Positions 37,301-50,354 of a stretch of 64,000 nt of DNA are shown one piece after another. The translations under genes and the position numbers were made by a program. The stretch lies in contig NW_003314287.1 of the NCBI RefSeq assembly GCF_000143415.4, forward strand, positions 1,750,951 through 1,814,950, in the 5' to 3' direction. Under the pieces are notes generated by a model. The model was not told the origin of the DNA. It was given only the letters and a program-made list of their open reading frames with translations, and did no database searches. The stretch is from Selaginella moellendorffii (lineage: Eukaryota > Plantae > Lycopodiophyta). How positions within the stretch are numbered: position 1 is the first letter of the stretch; every line of letters starts with the position of its first letter.

Positions 37301-40010
37301 TTGGGCCGGTAGTAATCAGGATAACCATCAATACAATAAATGGTTTCAACATTAAATTCTTTTGGATAATTCTTAGAGCATTTGTTAATTTCCATGCAAA
37401 GGCTTCTAGGATTTAAATTACCACATGGACCATGTATCATATGATTTATAATTATGTTATGCAATTCTGGTTCTAACAGTGGGTGTGGCAACTGTGCAGT
37501 GACAAATTCATCAACTGAGTCTCGATTTCTTATCTTATCTTCGCTTGATAACATTGCTAAGAAATGACAATGAGGCAAATCTCTTTTCTGGAATTCAATA
37601 ACATAAACATATGCGATGCACTTCCCAAAAATTCCTTTGATACTTATGTCATGTAGGAATTCTTTAAGCTTTAAGTTGAAAACTCTTGAAATAAGATTAG
37701 GTCGATCCTCAAGTGATTCATTCAGCTGTAAGTTTTGCACAATTTCAGGCCACTTTGGGTTGTATGTAAATGTAATAAATAAGTCAGGTTTTCCAAAATG
37801 TGTGACAATAGCAATAGCATCTTGATAATGTTGTTGCATTGCTCGTGGGCTACCAGGAAATGTAGAAGGAAAAATTACAAATTTTCCAGGTTCAGCATTA
37901 TTAGTAGCAGCTCTGTTGCTAACATAGTCCATAAGACCTGTGTAGTAATCCACTTTTAAGTGTTTTTGATAAATGCGAAAGAAATTAAGGTTGTTAGATT
38001 CAACCTTTACATAAACATCAACTATAAATTGTTGAGTGAGTTTCCCAGCATGTAGCAATTGATCATAAAGGAAAGAGTTGCCAATGCTATTTCGTTGAGA
38101 CAATCGATATGCATAGTACTGAAGTAGCGTTACATGCGACTCATTGTTATAGATTTTTTCATGCCAACCTTTATCACCAAATGGTAAAAGTAAAGGATAA
38201 ACCATAGGATCACAATTTTCATTAAGAATAGAGATTTTTATTGGCTGTGAGTTATATGGATGTATGCATATTTCTCTGTCAAGAGATGGCTCACCCTCAT
38301 CAATAGCGAAAACAATAGCAACATCATTAGTTTGTGGCAAATTATAACGATGTAGATTAGTACTTTCACTTCTAACAATCATGTAAACACCACGTTTTGG
38401 GGTTCCATTGCAAATTGAGCGATGTTGTTCTTGTGATTCAAGATTATACATCATTTGAAAAGCTTGTGCATACGGGTTTATTATTCTTAGCAAGTTATCT
38501 AATTGTAATAATAAATTAGAATCACAATTTGTGTTGAATGGGTTTTGCTTTCTAATATTTGTAGCCTCAAAAACATCAAGTATGTAAAGTTGTCCATATG
38601 ATGGTGGCACGTTAGCAGCAGGATATGCTAAAGCAATTTTGTGATAAATTTGACCATGTATTCTAAAGCAATATAGGCCTTTACCACTTAAATTATTAAT
38701 ATTAGCACCCATTGATGCAAAAGCCAAAGCACTGTTGAAATTTCTTATGTTAATTTTAAAATTGGAGTTTCTATTTTCATTAAAAAGCATACGCAATATA
38801 GTAGGTAAAGATGAAAGCTGGGGAAGGGAAACCTTTCCATTCTGGCAGCACATTGATTTTGGCTCATTTTCAAAATGTAATGCACCACAAAAGACACATA
38901 CGAATGACATATTTCCAATATTAAACAGTTGTATTGTATGGTCATTATAATTCTTTTGATGTGCTAATTTATAGATAGTATAACTGTGATGATTACATGT
39001 ATTTGTATTAGTTTCATTAGCATTTTCAAGGTTTATATTTGTATGACCTTCATCAGCATATGCTATGTTTGTATTAGCATTGTCAAGATTTGAAGTAATT
39101 TTTGCATTAGCATGTTCAAGGTCTAGATTAGTTTCTTCATTACCATTTGCAAGGTTGTTGTGAATATGATTATATGTGCTAGTGTCAATAGTTGGAGGCA
39201 AATGGTGACGTATGCCTCTTAATACTTCGTGAAGCTGAGGCATATTTGCTAGGGATGATAAATGAGATGAAATAACCTATCTAGTGTCAAAGCACTTATC
39301 TTAAAATTTTCAAAGATTCTAAGTAAAAGCCAGAACTCGCCTTCTTCTTACACTGGAAAAAAAATTTTAAAAAAATAAAAAACGAAGACTATACAATGAG
39401 AGCACAATCTGTACACACCTTAATCTGTAAACAAAAGAAACTAATCTAGCAACCAATAAAACCTAGACACAGGACTGGCACACCTTTTCCAGGGCGTGGT
39501 GAGCAACTGTGAGAGGTGGGGTTTGCAAGTTAGAGAACTCACCTTGGGCTTGTTCTCTCTTGCAAAAGGACAGCGACTACAAACTCTTTGATAGTTCTGG
39601 CTGTGAAGGCTGGCTCTGGCTTCAGCTCTGCCACTGGATAGCATCCACAAACCCAAATGAAGACGTTTCAAATTTTCACAGCACACAAAAATCCAAATTG
39701 TTGGGGTTGGGGGCCAAATTAGCGGCTGCCGGGCTGATGGTGAACACAGACCTTTGCAGGTGCCACTGATCGGGCAAGCAAGCGTTAGCTCAATTGTGGC
39801 AGGGCATCCAGGGCGAGCTAAGAAGAACGGGCACGGGGGCAGGACACCACTGGCACACGTGTCGGTGTGCCTTCTTCTCCCGCCCCACGCGGCTTGGCCG
39901 CCTCCCATTGGCCGGGAGCAAACATCAGAAAAATTTCTCGCGCAACCAAAAGCCCGGGCCTGGGATCCAACGGCCAGTGAGCCTCCCCACTATCGCTTTA
40001 TATGTATAGA
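34338..40010 (-). mobile_element. Full-length Helitron (~5.67 kb)
   Basis: The minus-strand 5' end TCTATACATATAAA is at 40010. The 3' end CTAG is at 34338-34341, with the hairpin CCCAGCA-AA-TGCTGGG at 34348-34363. Inserted between A and T with no TSD; encloses RepHel. Confidence 0.92.
34862..39243 (-). pseudogene. Helitron RepHel (HUH Rep + PIF1 helicase) broken into several ORFs
   Basis: Rep motifs GKPDLFITFT, VIEFQKRDLPHCH and KYLFQYIYKG. Helicase motifs GPGGTGKT, DEISM, GDFRQ and HGQLYVALSR. Breaks at ~36763, ~36565 and ~36088 (T run). Confidence 0.9.
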
Positions 40011-42709
40011 TATTATTATGTCAAGTTAAAAAATTTATCATTACTAAATCATTATCAAGTTAAGCAGAGTATCAAAATTTTTTGACAAATTTTATAAGGA
40101 ATCATTAATCATAGCAACTAATAATCACTTTTTCAACTTGCCATCATAACACTCAAACACTACATACCCTTTAGCTATATACTTGTCCTAGATAACAATA
40201 TATAGGAATATGGACAAAATAATGACTCAAATCTAGTTGTACAAAAACCAACTAACTATTTTAGATTAGTTATAATGAATATACTGATTAGGATTTCATT
40301 CTATGAAATATATATTATATAATTTATTCTTATTCTGATGTTATCACTAAATGGGAATATTACTATTTAAATTTTCATTGTATTATAAATATCAATATAA
40401 CTTATGGAAATGAAGAATTAAGCCGTATGGACAAGACATATAATGTAGTAAATTATAATTTGAATATTACAAAATATTATATTTTAATATATATACCTTG
40501 TTATTTGGTGGGAATTAAACTTGAGGGTGAGTGTGAGATATGCCTTTTAAAGAGTTATCAAACAATAACAATAATAGGCATAATTGGACTACCATAAAGT
40601 TAAAATAGAAAAGAAATAGTTTTCAAATTTTCCATTATACCATCTTTATTTAAATATATATATATATATATTCTATTTAGAGGATTATATAGAGAGAATA
40701 TGTTTTATTTACAATGAAACTATTGAATAATATAGTGTGTGACAAAGCTTGTACTAAATAGAATTTGTTGTTATAAAATCACATGTAGCACCAACATCAT
40801 ATTTATATAACTACAGAAAAAAAATTTATTGAAGAAACAAAGTGATAATAAATTTTATCATTTCTGCCTCTTCAAAAACTTAGGTAATGAGGTAATGCTA
40901 GATGGGTGTTAGGCTGTTAGGTGGGTAGTGTGCTAGGTGGGCAAGTGCATTGTTCGGTGGGCAATGAAAGCATTGAAACAAAAATGAAGAGACTGAAAGT
41001 GGAACTTGGATTAGAATCCCTGTAGATGAAAACTATGAGAAACACAGAAACACAAATGCTATAATTAAAAAGGAAAAGAAATGCATACCAAGTTCAAATC
41101 CAAGATTGATGCTTGAGAAGTGTTGGAAGATTTCCAACCTCAACACTCGGATGATAGGGTTTATCATGATAAGGCTAGTAATACAAATCACGAAAAACAA
41201 AGCTAAGTTGGTTGTTGTAAGAACTTCAGGTGGCATTTAAGCCATCTATTAATTAAATTATTATGTGAACTCTATGTCTTTATTATGGACTTTTACATGA
41301 AGTATGGTGGCTGAGGCTCAAGTGGTATTTAATAAAGCTGAAAAAGAAATTCCTTGCTAGTTTTATTGGACTCCATGATCCTTTATAGATCAACAAATAA
41401 ATGAGGCTTAGAATTTTTTAAATAAAATGAAGACTGTTTTTAAATCATTGAGAAAGAGGTAATTGTAATGATCATGGAGTTGAAATAAGAAATACGTTGA
41501 TTTTAACATGTTAAAATTCAAACAAGTTCATACAAAGTTAAAATATATTAATTTCTCATATGATACAGGTAATTACACATAATTTTGTGGCAAACTATCA
41601 GAAACCTAGCTTAGGATGTCATCACATGGGCCTTTTTCCCCCAAAAATGTGACTTCTGCCAAGTCAAAATGTTTAGATGTTACTGTTAACAAAAGTAGTA
41701 TTTAAGCACAATTGTAACCCTTATTTTATCATTTCTAGTTGGTAAATCGCACTCGTCTTCTTCACAGCCTGTTTTGGGAGCGTTGAAGGACTACTTGCAC
41801 CACACTGCTGCAACCCTGCAAAATTCGACTACTTCGACAATCACCAAACGCAGGTGGGTACCACGAAGGCTAAGAAAGATGTCGACATGGAACGGCCGAG
41901 AAAGAGAGCCAAGAAGCAGCAGCAGCCGGATGGAAGCAAGCCGGGTGGCGAGAATGCAAAGCTTCCTGTGGTGAGTCAAAACCCTATCTTGGTCAACGAC
42001 GACAAAACGTTGAGTCTCGAGAGTATGGAATTGCTCATGGAGACACAGCTCCAGCAGGTGTCGCACCGATGAGGGTCTCAAGGATTTCAACGTGGATGAT
42101 GGTGATGACAGCGATCTTTTGTTGGGTCTTAAGAAGAGGTTTTGCCAAGCAGCCAATCGATCAAGAATCTGCTCCTGTTGCGGTTGTGGAGGAAGAAAAT
42201 GAGTTTGCTTTGAAGGAATTGAACAAGAAATTGCAGCAGCAAAGGAGCAAAGGATGCTTCTTTGAAGGGAAGAGGTGAGGAAGATCAAGTTTAGAGATGA
42301 CCTGGTTCTCACCACAAAACACGGCAGAGCACAAAATCTTGTGTGCTGATCAGATGAAGAACTTCTATCAAAATCAATAGACAACTCAATTTGTTTCGAG
42401 TTTTAAGCAGAAGCAACTATTCTACTATAAAAATCAACAAATCAATAGAACAAAGGATTGTTCTTTAGAGTTTTAAAGAATTTCCTTCCAAACATGAGCA
42501 TCACCATTGTTGTCAATCAGAGAAAACAATGAAAACACAAGTTAGATTTCTCCAGTTAGAATCACGGGAGGAGCAAAACAATCCACCATTTTCACTGATT
42601 CATCACCACACCAGGAGCGGCGCCGCCTTAGCTAAACATACCTCCATTATTCCCAAAACGTAGCTCGATCAAATCCGATCTCTCCCTATTTCTTTCCTTC
42701 TACCAGCTG

Positions 42710-44866
42710 CTACAGCTTGAGAAACACCAGCTCCTCCACCGCTGAAATGCTTCCAATCTTCTGCAGCACCTCCTTGCTCGGCTCGTCGTCCACGCCGATC
42801 GCCATCACCGCCTTCTGGCGGGGCGAAGTTCTCCCCACGCTCATGAAGCTGATGTTCACGTTCTCGTCGCCCAGAAGCCCGCCAACCTTCCCGATCATCC
42901 CCGGCTGATCCACTTGCCGGCAGAGAATGACCGATCCCTCCAAGCTCACGTCGATGGAGAAGCTCCCAACCTGCGAGAGGTGCGGCACCCCGTCCTTGAT
43001 CCTCCCGGCCAGGCTCACGTCCCCGGAGTCGGACATGGCGCTGGAGAACCTCGACTCCACGTTTGCGATCCTCACCTCGATGCTCTCCAGCGGCGCCGCC
43101 TCGGTGCCTTCGGCCGGGTGCCTCTCCTCACTGATCCGGAGGCCGCGCTGCTTGGCGATGTAGTCGGCATTGACGAGGTTGATGTGAGTGTCGGACACGG
43201 GCTCCACGAGGCCCTTGACGATCATGGCGCGGAGCAAGCGAGTGTCCAAGTCGTCGGGAGCACGAGCGGAGTTGTAGCTGATTGTGATGTCCTTCACGCC
43301 ACCACCACCGGCGACGAGCTGGACGGCGAGCTTGCCAAGCCTCTCGGCAAGGGTGATGTATGGCGCGAGCTCGGTTAGCACCTGTTAGCACGATTGTAAG
43401 TGGGGATTCTGGAAAGATAAAAGTGTTCACCTCTGATGGAACCATTGGAGCATTCACAGCAGTGGCAGCTAGCTCTCCCTGTAGAGCTCCCACAACAGCC
43501 TCGGCAATCTCTAGAGCCACCCCTTCCTGGTAATCAAGGACAGATAATTTTGCTGAAAGAGGAAAAGTGAAGTGCTTACTTGTGCTTCGGCAGTGCTTGC
43601 ACCTAGATGCGGCGTAACAATCACATTCTCGTGCTGGACTAGCTTGTCATCTTTCTCAGGAGGCTCTTTAGTGAACACGTCCAGAGCAGCCTGAAAAGTA
43701 AATAGCAGCGCATAAGGAAAGACTGATGGACAAGCAATCAAACTCCAAATACCTGAGCTACAATGCCGCTGTTGAGCGCTCGAACCAGAGAATTCTCGTC
43801 AATGACGCCACCTCTAGCGACGTTGACGATGCGAACACCCTTCTTCACTTTCGCGAATGTCTCATCGTTGAAGATCTTGTTGGTGGCAGGGGTAAGCGGC
43901 ATATGGAGCGAGATAAAGTCGGCGCGCGCCAGAGCCTCGTCAAAGCTAACAAGCTCCACTCCGATGGCCCGAGCTCTGTCCGCCGGAGCATACGGATCGT
44001 GAGCAATGACGTGCATTCCCAGACCTTTAGCTCGTCGCGCGACTTCCGATCCAACTTTCCCAAAGCCCAGCACCGCGATGGTCTTGTCGACGAGCGAAAC
44101 ACCAGTGAACTTATTTCTCTGCCATTTCCCTGGCAGCACAGGACGAAAGATGTAAGAACAAAAAAATGGTGGAAAATCTTACTTAGCTAAGAAAGAGGGA
44201 AAGCGAGATCGAGGAAGATCTCTCTCACGTACCTGATTTCACTGACGCGTTGGCTTGGGCGACGTTCCTAGCGAGCGCAGCGAGGAGAGCGATCCCATGC
44301 TCGGCAGCGGCGACGGTGTTGGCAGTGGGAGCGTTGACGACCAAACAGCCCATCTCGGTGGCGGCTTGCAAGTCCACATTGTCGATGCCCACCCCAGCTC
44401 GCCCCACGACCTTGAGCCGCCCATTGGAAGCCTCGAACACCTCCCGCGTGATCTTGGTGCCGCTCCTCACAATCACGGCGTCGCACAGCGAGATCTTGGC
44501 GCACAGATCCTCGGGCGAGAGATTATAGGAGCAATCCACATTGGCGACCTTGCGGAGGAGCTCCAGGCCCGCCTCGCCGAGCTTCTCGGCCACGAGCACC
44601 GTCGGCTTGGAGATCACCTCGATCGCCTGGGAGCGAACCGAAATATCCGAACCTTCCACCGCGATGGCGCATGGCGGCTTGGCGGCGAGGCCGCGATGGA
44701 GAGATCCGCCAAGAATGTGGCGAGTCGCGACCAATCCCAGCTTCCTCGCGACGGCCCCGCTGCTGATCCTCGCCGCCCTGGCGCCGGCGAGCAGAGACCT
44801 CGGCAATTCCAGGATTGCAATGCCGCGGGCAGCGCGCGCGCTGGAGATCTGTGCTGGGGCTCCCAT
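42710..44866 (-). CDS. PGDH: D-3-phosphoglycerate dehydrogenase, plastidial (5 exons, C-terminal ACT domain)
   Basis: Transit-peptide-like N-terminus, [49 protein letters not shown]. Confidence 0.96.
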
Positions 44867-45069
44867 CGCCGCTAGCGCCCTTGCCCGCCCACGCACTGGG
44901 ATTTAGGGCTCGCGAGAAGTTCTCTCGACTGTTTCAAAGTTATAAAGCCGTAAACACTGTACGATAACATATATAGAAAAACTTTCGCGGTTTAGTGGAG
45001 GACTAGTAGTTGCATTGCAGCTGCCTCGAATCAAGTCAAATAAAAGCTCCCTGGAAGAACCACACAAGG

Positions 45070-45370
45070 GGCCACAGAGAAAACCTTTAGCGCAGAAACT
45101 AAGAGATCTAGTCGAGCAAGGAAAGCCAAGAACAAACCAAGAGAAAAGAGACGATCTTACGAAAGAATACCTTTAGCGGAGATGAAAAGACAAGAACGAA
45201 CTAAGAGAAGAGAGATAGAGTCGAGTGAATCTTACGAAGGAAAAACTTTAGCGAAGAAACCACGAGATCTAGTTGCACAAGAAAAGGCAAGAACAAACCC
45301 CCCGAGAGAGAGAGAGATATAGTTGCACAAGAAAACAAACCAAGAGAAAAGAGATAGTGATCTTACGCAT
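45070..45370. repeat. Degenerate purine-rich tandem repeat, 3-4 units of ~75-90 bp
   Basis: Recurring CTTTAGCG, GAGATCTAGT, AAGAACAAACCAAGAGAAAAGAGA and ATCTTACG. Confidence 0.65.
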
Positions 45371-45577
45371 TTCTTGTTGTTGGATCGCTCGGAATAAAAA
45401 TGTTGAAAAGATCCGTCCACAGCTTCGTCGCAAGCACCGCACTCACGTCTCTCCTCCGAGCGCTAGTCGCACGCAAAAGAGTTTTAAACGGGTCCCAGCC
45501 CTTGCAAAATATCTCTCTCCCAGTCTGGAACGCGACAGAGGTTAGTTTATGATGAAAGTTTCAGCGCCCACCTTTTG

Positions 45578-46722
45578 TCAGCACAGTTTCTCTGCGAGCC
45601 TCTGCACGGCGAGCGCGAGCTGATTGATCGCCGCCAGGAACGCAGCGTCGGCTTTCATCAGGAGCTCCAGCCTCTGCTTGTCCAGATGGATCCTCTGGTT
45701 CCTCCAGCGCTCCGAGTGCCACTGGTACGATCGAGAAGCCTCGAGTGTTTCCTTGGTTCTCTCCTCCACGAGCTCAAGTTCGTCTTCGTGCTTTGGCTGC
45801 TTTAGTGACTCTCGGCGCGATCGGCAAGCCTGGAGTGTCGGCCTGGGTCTCTCTCCTTTCTTCGCAAACTCTCCACTTTGGGCCTGCTCGATCGCTTGCT
45901 CGACCTGCGCCTTTAGAAACCCGTCGGCAACGTTGTCGTCCTCGAACCGGAGGCAGCCATCCGCGAATGCCACAACATTCTCGTCCATGGCCTCCTCGCT
46001 TCCAGCGTAGACAAGCTGCGGAAGACTGCAGTCCTCGACTTGTTCTGCTTCCTTTTCCTTTTCTTTGACAGCGTCTTCTTTCTCCAGCCTTGGTAGCAGC
46101 AGCAGCGGCTTCTCGTGGTAGAACTCATACGGCTCGATCACAGCTAGTGGCACTGGCTGACCACCCATGTCTTCTTCTCTCCACCTGGAACACCCTTCTT
46201 CGTTCCGAGGAAGCCGAACGATCTTGTTCGCAAATTGGTCGTAGAATCGTCGGTTGAAGGTCAGTGGGAGTGAATTCTCCTTCCGCTGGCACAGGCTCGT
46301 GTCGAAGTAGGAGACCCCGCTCGCGATTTCCCAGTCTCGGATGCTCCTGTATTTCTTCGAGATGTTCCTCCACTGGCGCAAAATCCCCTCCAAGCTGCGT
46401 TGCAGGCCATTCTCCCGGCACATCGCCAGAGCCCTGGCGCTGGAGGTTTTCTTCTTCATGACCGTGATGAGGATGAGAATTTCACGCGCCGTCCAGCGCG
46501 AGCTTCTCCTCCAAGGCGTTTGCCTCGCGCCTGCCACAAGAATCGATCGATCAGGAAGAACCCCAGCTTCAAGAATTTTCTGCCAAGGTGAGGATTTCTT
46601 GGCGATTATGAGCAATGCAGGGCAGGACCGAGCATGGCGTGGAGAAATCCGTGGCCTTTGAGCAGCAAGAACTCACCAGGGATGCGCCGCTCGCCTTCTT
46701 GTTCCTCGGCCTCCATCGCCAT
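45578..46722 (-). CDS. Trihelix (Myb/SANT-like, ASR3/SH4-like) transcription factor; 5' exon structure uncertain
   Basis: RWTAREILILI...CRENGLQRS....RQWRNISKKYRSIRDWE...SYF......RKENSLPLTF, then a C-terminal coiled coil. Candidate ATG at 46722 is followed by a GTGAG donor, but the acceptor phase is unresolved. Confidence 0.75.
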
Positions 46723-46879
46723 AAACCCTAAACCTCAGAGCCTTTTCCCCTTTCTTTTAAACTGGACGTTAGGGCTTGGTTTCCCTCCCAAACAACGGTT
46801 TCGTTTAGGGCATCCGGGCGCCAAGGGCTCGGATGATCCTCGGGACAGGTGATTTGGAGCTCGATCGGTAGCAGTAGCG

Positions 46880-49800
46880 ATGGATCCTGCTGGATCTCCC
46901 GATATTTCGGCTTCTCCCAGCAATGCCGCCGCTGCCGTGCCGCCAGAGAGCAATGCCGCGAGTTCTTCCTCTCCCGCCGCTGCTCTAGTCGCGGCCGAGG
47001 CCGAGCAAGCTCCTCCTCCTCCAAATCCAGCTCCAGGTATTGTCATCCAGGAGCCAGTACTGGCAGGGACTCACGATCACGAGGCTAGCACCTCTGGCGG
47101 GGGTGGAGATGATCAATGCGCTAGTCCATGGCTAGCGTCTCCAGCGTCCACCAGTGCTCTTCAGTCGCCTCCTCACTCTCCCGTGGAGAGAGCTTTGAAC
47201 GAGCTGGCTTTCAGTAGATTCCGGAACAATATGCGTGTTGAGGCCAGGCGATCGTCCGCTCGCCGGTCGCTGCTCGGTAGATTGGGAGCTCTCCCAGGCG
47301 ACGAGACGACGTTTTCTCAGCCAAAAGACCAACATCCTTGGCAGCTGCAAAATCCCATTCCACCGTTCCCGGGTCAGGTTTGCTTTTCTTTCTCCTTACT
47401 CGATGATAAGTTCTCCGTTTTTTTTACCTGCTGATGATACCTTGTTATTTAGTGACAACTTTCTGATAGACTCCTTTGATTTGCAGGATGGGATGGCTTA
47501 TCCACCGTCATCTGCGGTTTCCTCCGAGTAAGAACAGTAGAAAAATATAAAGAAGTTTGTCACGGCTTGCTGATCACTATTGAGTTTTTCATTGTAGAGG
47601 GTCAGTTGGCGAGAGGCCGTCTGTCATCGCACCACCTGGAGGGCAACCGATTTCTGCCTACCAACGTTTCGCTCGGGCTGAGTTTGCTGAGCACATCTAT
47701 GGAGTTGGACGTCTGGTTTGGAAAAGAATTTCCGTTGACGAGCTTATTCGGCACTCAAGGGTAACTCTTCTTCTTCTTCTCCTCTATTTCTGTTTCATTA
47801 TAGTGAGAGCGTTGTTTTGTTTTCTATCCAGGTTACCCTGCGTGCTCCATTATTAAGTAGCTTGGCTGCAAGTCCTGAGAGCATTAAAGCTGCGACTGTG
47901 TTTGCACGTAATTTCAACCTGGTGCTTGTAATCTTTCATTCCCGTTTCTTTGATTTTCTGATCAATCTGTCTGCAGTGCATGGCATTCTACAACCAGACT
48001 TTGGTTCTAATTTGTGTGCTTGGTTTCCTACAGATCTTCGGAACTATATGGAGGATCCTGCTGTTCCTGAGAACGTGCAGCCGAGTGAGATAAAATTTCT
48101 GGATACTCTTCGCTTGATGAAGGCATCGATCGCACAAAAGCTAGAGCCAGTTCGGCAAAAGCTGGAACCGGCCAAAGCTAAAGTGTCTGAACTTCTCAAT
48201 AAGATTGACAAGGTGCTCCGGACAAAGTTCTTTATCCAGCGAACGAGGCTTTATCATCTTCAGCAAATTTTGCTTATAGGCATCAAGTACAAGGCTGTAC
48301 GCGATGAGATTTATTGCCAGATTTGCAAACAGACTACTCTCAACCCAGCCAGGTAATGTGCTCCGTCGTTGTCTTTCGTTAAACTGCATCCGTGTGATCG
48401 CTTTCAGAGTAAGTGATGCAAGGGGCTGGCAAGCAATGGCAGTTTGTGCTGGCACGTTTCCACCCTCTGAGAAGTTCAGACCTGTACTGGAGGAGCATCT
48501 TAAACAAGTACGTGTTGTATTATGAAAACTCTTGTTGAAACTGTACAAGCCTTAATGGAACAGATTGTGGATGGAATTGTGGGAGGGATGCCCGATCAAG
48601 AGAAGGCTAGATCGATGGCACTATACTGCTTAAATCGGCTTCGAAAAATTTGCCGGGTTGGAGCACGGCAAGTAGCTCCGTCTTCAGAAGAGATTCTAGC
48701 TTCTGAGGTGACAAAGGTTCCTTTCACGTTTCCTTGTTGACAAACGTTCCCATTTCTACAGCACATGCATGTAACTTCTATTAACGTTGCCATTCCGGGG
48801 GGACTTGCTCAGGTAATATTCGGTGAACTAATAAGTAGAGCTGGTTCATTTGGTTACTTAAAGTGCTGTAGGTTGTGTCCATGGATTCAATGACCACTGG
48901 AGGAGAAGTCACTGCCGAAATTGCAGCAAGACTTGGTTTGCCAGATGTTGGCTTTTATGGTATCTTCATAGTAACAAATGGAGGTAGAGGCTTTTAAAGT
49001 TGTTACTTCGACAAATCGGTGATGGAAAGCTTTGCAGTTGAACGATTTGCTGGAACACATGGACTTCTGTCCGAGTCGTATACGGAATGGAACGTAGGCC
49101 CCTCCCCAGAACTGGAAGAAGAAGTGCAAGCATTCAGACGGACACGGCACTTCCTCGTGGACCACTGTGCTCAGTGCCTATACAACATGGACCCGGACTC
49201 GGTGCTGGGCAAAGACTTGAAACATGGCATCTCAGCTATGGAACATTTGAAGGAGAAGGAAATGCAGGAGAAAGCAGGCAGAGAAGCGAAAGAAACGGAT
49301 CCTGAGGAGGAGGAAATCAGGGATGCTGAGCTCAGGAGATTGTTTGCTGACGTGCATCTCCTATTCAAGAGGAACCGGTTTCCTGTTGAAGGCACTGCTT
49401 CATCAGATTCAGTCCGGGCATTCGAGTACGCTCAAGTACGATGATGGTCAATAAACCTTCCAGTAAACAAACTCAAAGTTCTTTCCTGTGCTGTTGTTTT
49501 CGCCTGACTTTCTCCTTACAGGCAACGTACGATGTGGTACACGGCCTATATGTCATCGAAGAAGCTGATGCGGTGATGCTAGCAGCACTACAACTGCGCG
49601 CTGAGCATGGCTCTTCTACTGATCTCGACAAGTATCTCACGTAAGATCCAAAGAAACATGTCTTTCTCTTTGAGTGTTTAAAATTTTTGTAACGCGCAGT
49701 GTACAGACTGTGGAGAACTATGGTCCCAAGGAGTACGTTACAGGCTATGAAAAGGCATGGCGGAGTGCCATTCTAAAGAAGGTCGCGACCTTGCCATGGG

Positions 49801-50354
49801 AAGTGGATGTCAACGTTTGCCGGAATGACTATTTGGCTTTTTTGCGCAGTCGATGTCCTCTCTATGGATCTTCCTGGTTCTACGTAGTGGTAACCACAAA
49901 CGTCTTGTGGAATGTTAACGTTTTGCTTTCTTCCTTCGTTTTGCAGCCTAAAGCTTGTCCACAGTTCCCTAGGGAACTGTACTTTGTGTTGAATCTTTCT
50001 GGTGTTCACTTCGTGGATATCCCACTCAAGGTATGCTTACGCTTCTGTTTTTAGTTTTAAAGGCTTTTGTCTTGGTTTCAGGAAAAATTATTGCATTTGA
50101 GATACATTGAGCTCTGCAGCTGGGGTTACTCGGACTCTTCCTTTTCTTTAGTTACCGGAAACATGTAAGAGAAATCTGGGATATCTAAATATCTTTTTTT
50201 TCCTTTTTATTTTGCAGGAGCTACAACATGGAGTTTCGTCTTGGAACCAGAAATGTAAGTCCCTCAAATCAACTGCTGATGACTTACACGCCCTTTGCAG
50301 GGAAAAGAAATCGCAAAAATCTTGCAGTACTTTGTGCAACACACAGAACTTTGA
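46880..50354 (+). CDS. Stand-alone MyTH4-FERM domain protein without a motor domain, multi-exon
   Basis: MyTH4: RDEIYCQICKQTTLNP, RGWQAMAVCAGTFPPS. FERM: LLFKRNRF, VVHGLYVIEEADAVMLAALQLRAEHG, PLYGSSWFYV, LSGVHFVD, YIELCSWG, TRNGKEIAKILQYFV. TGA follows at 50352-50354. Confidence 0.85.

Noticed and set aside
46880-50354. Calling this gene KCBP/ZWICHEL
   Set aside because: No coiled coil, kinesin motor or calmodulin-binding segment follows the FERM domain.
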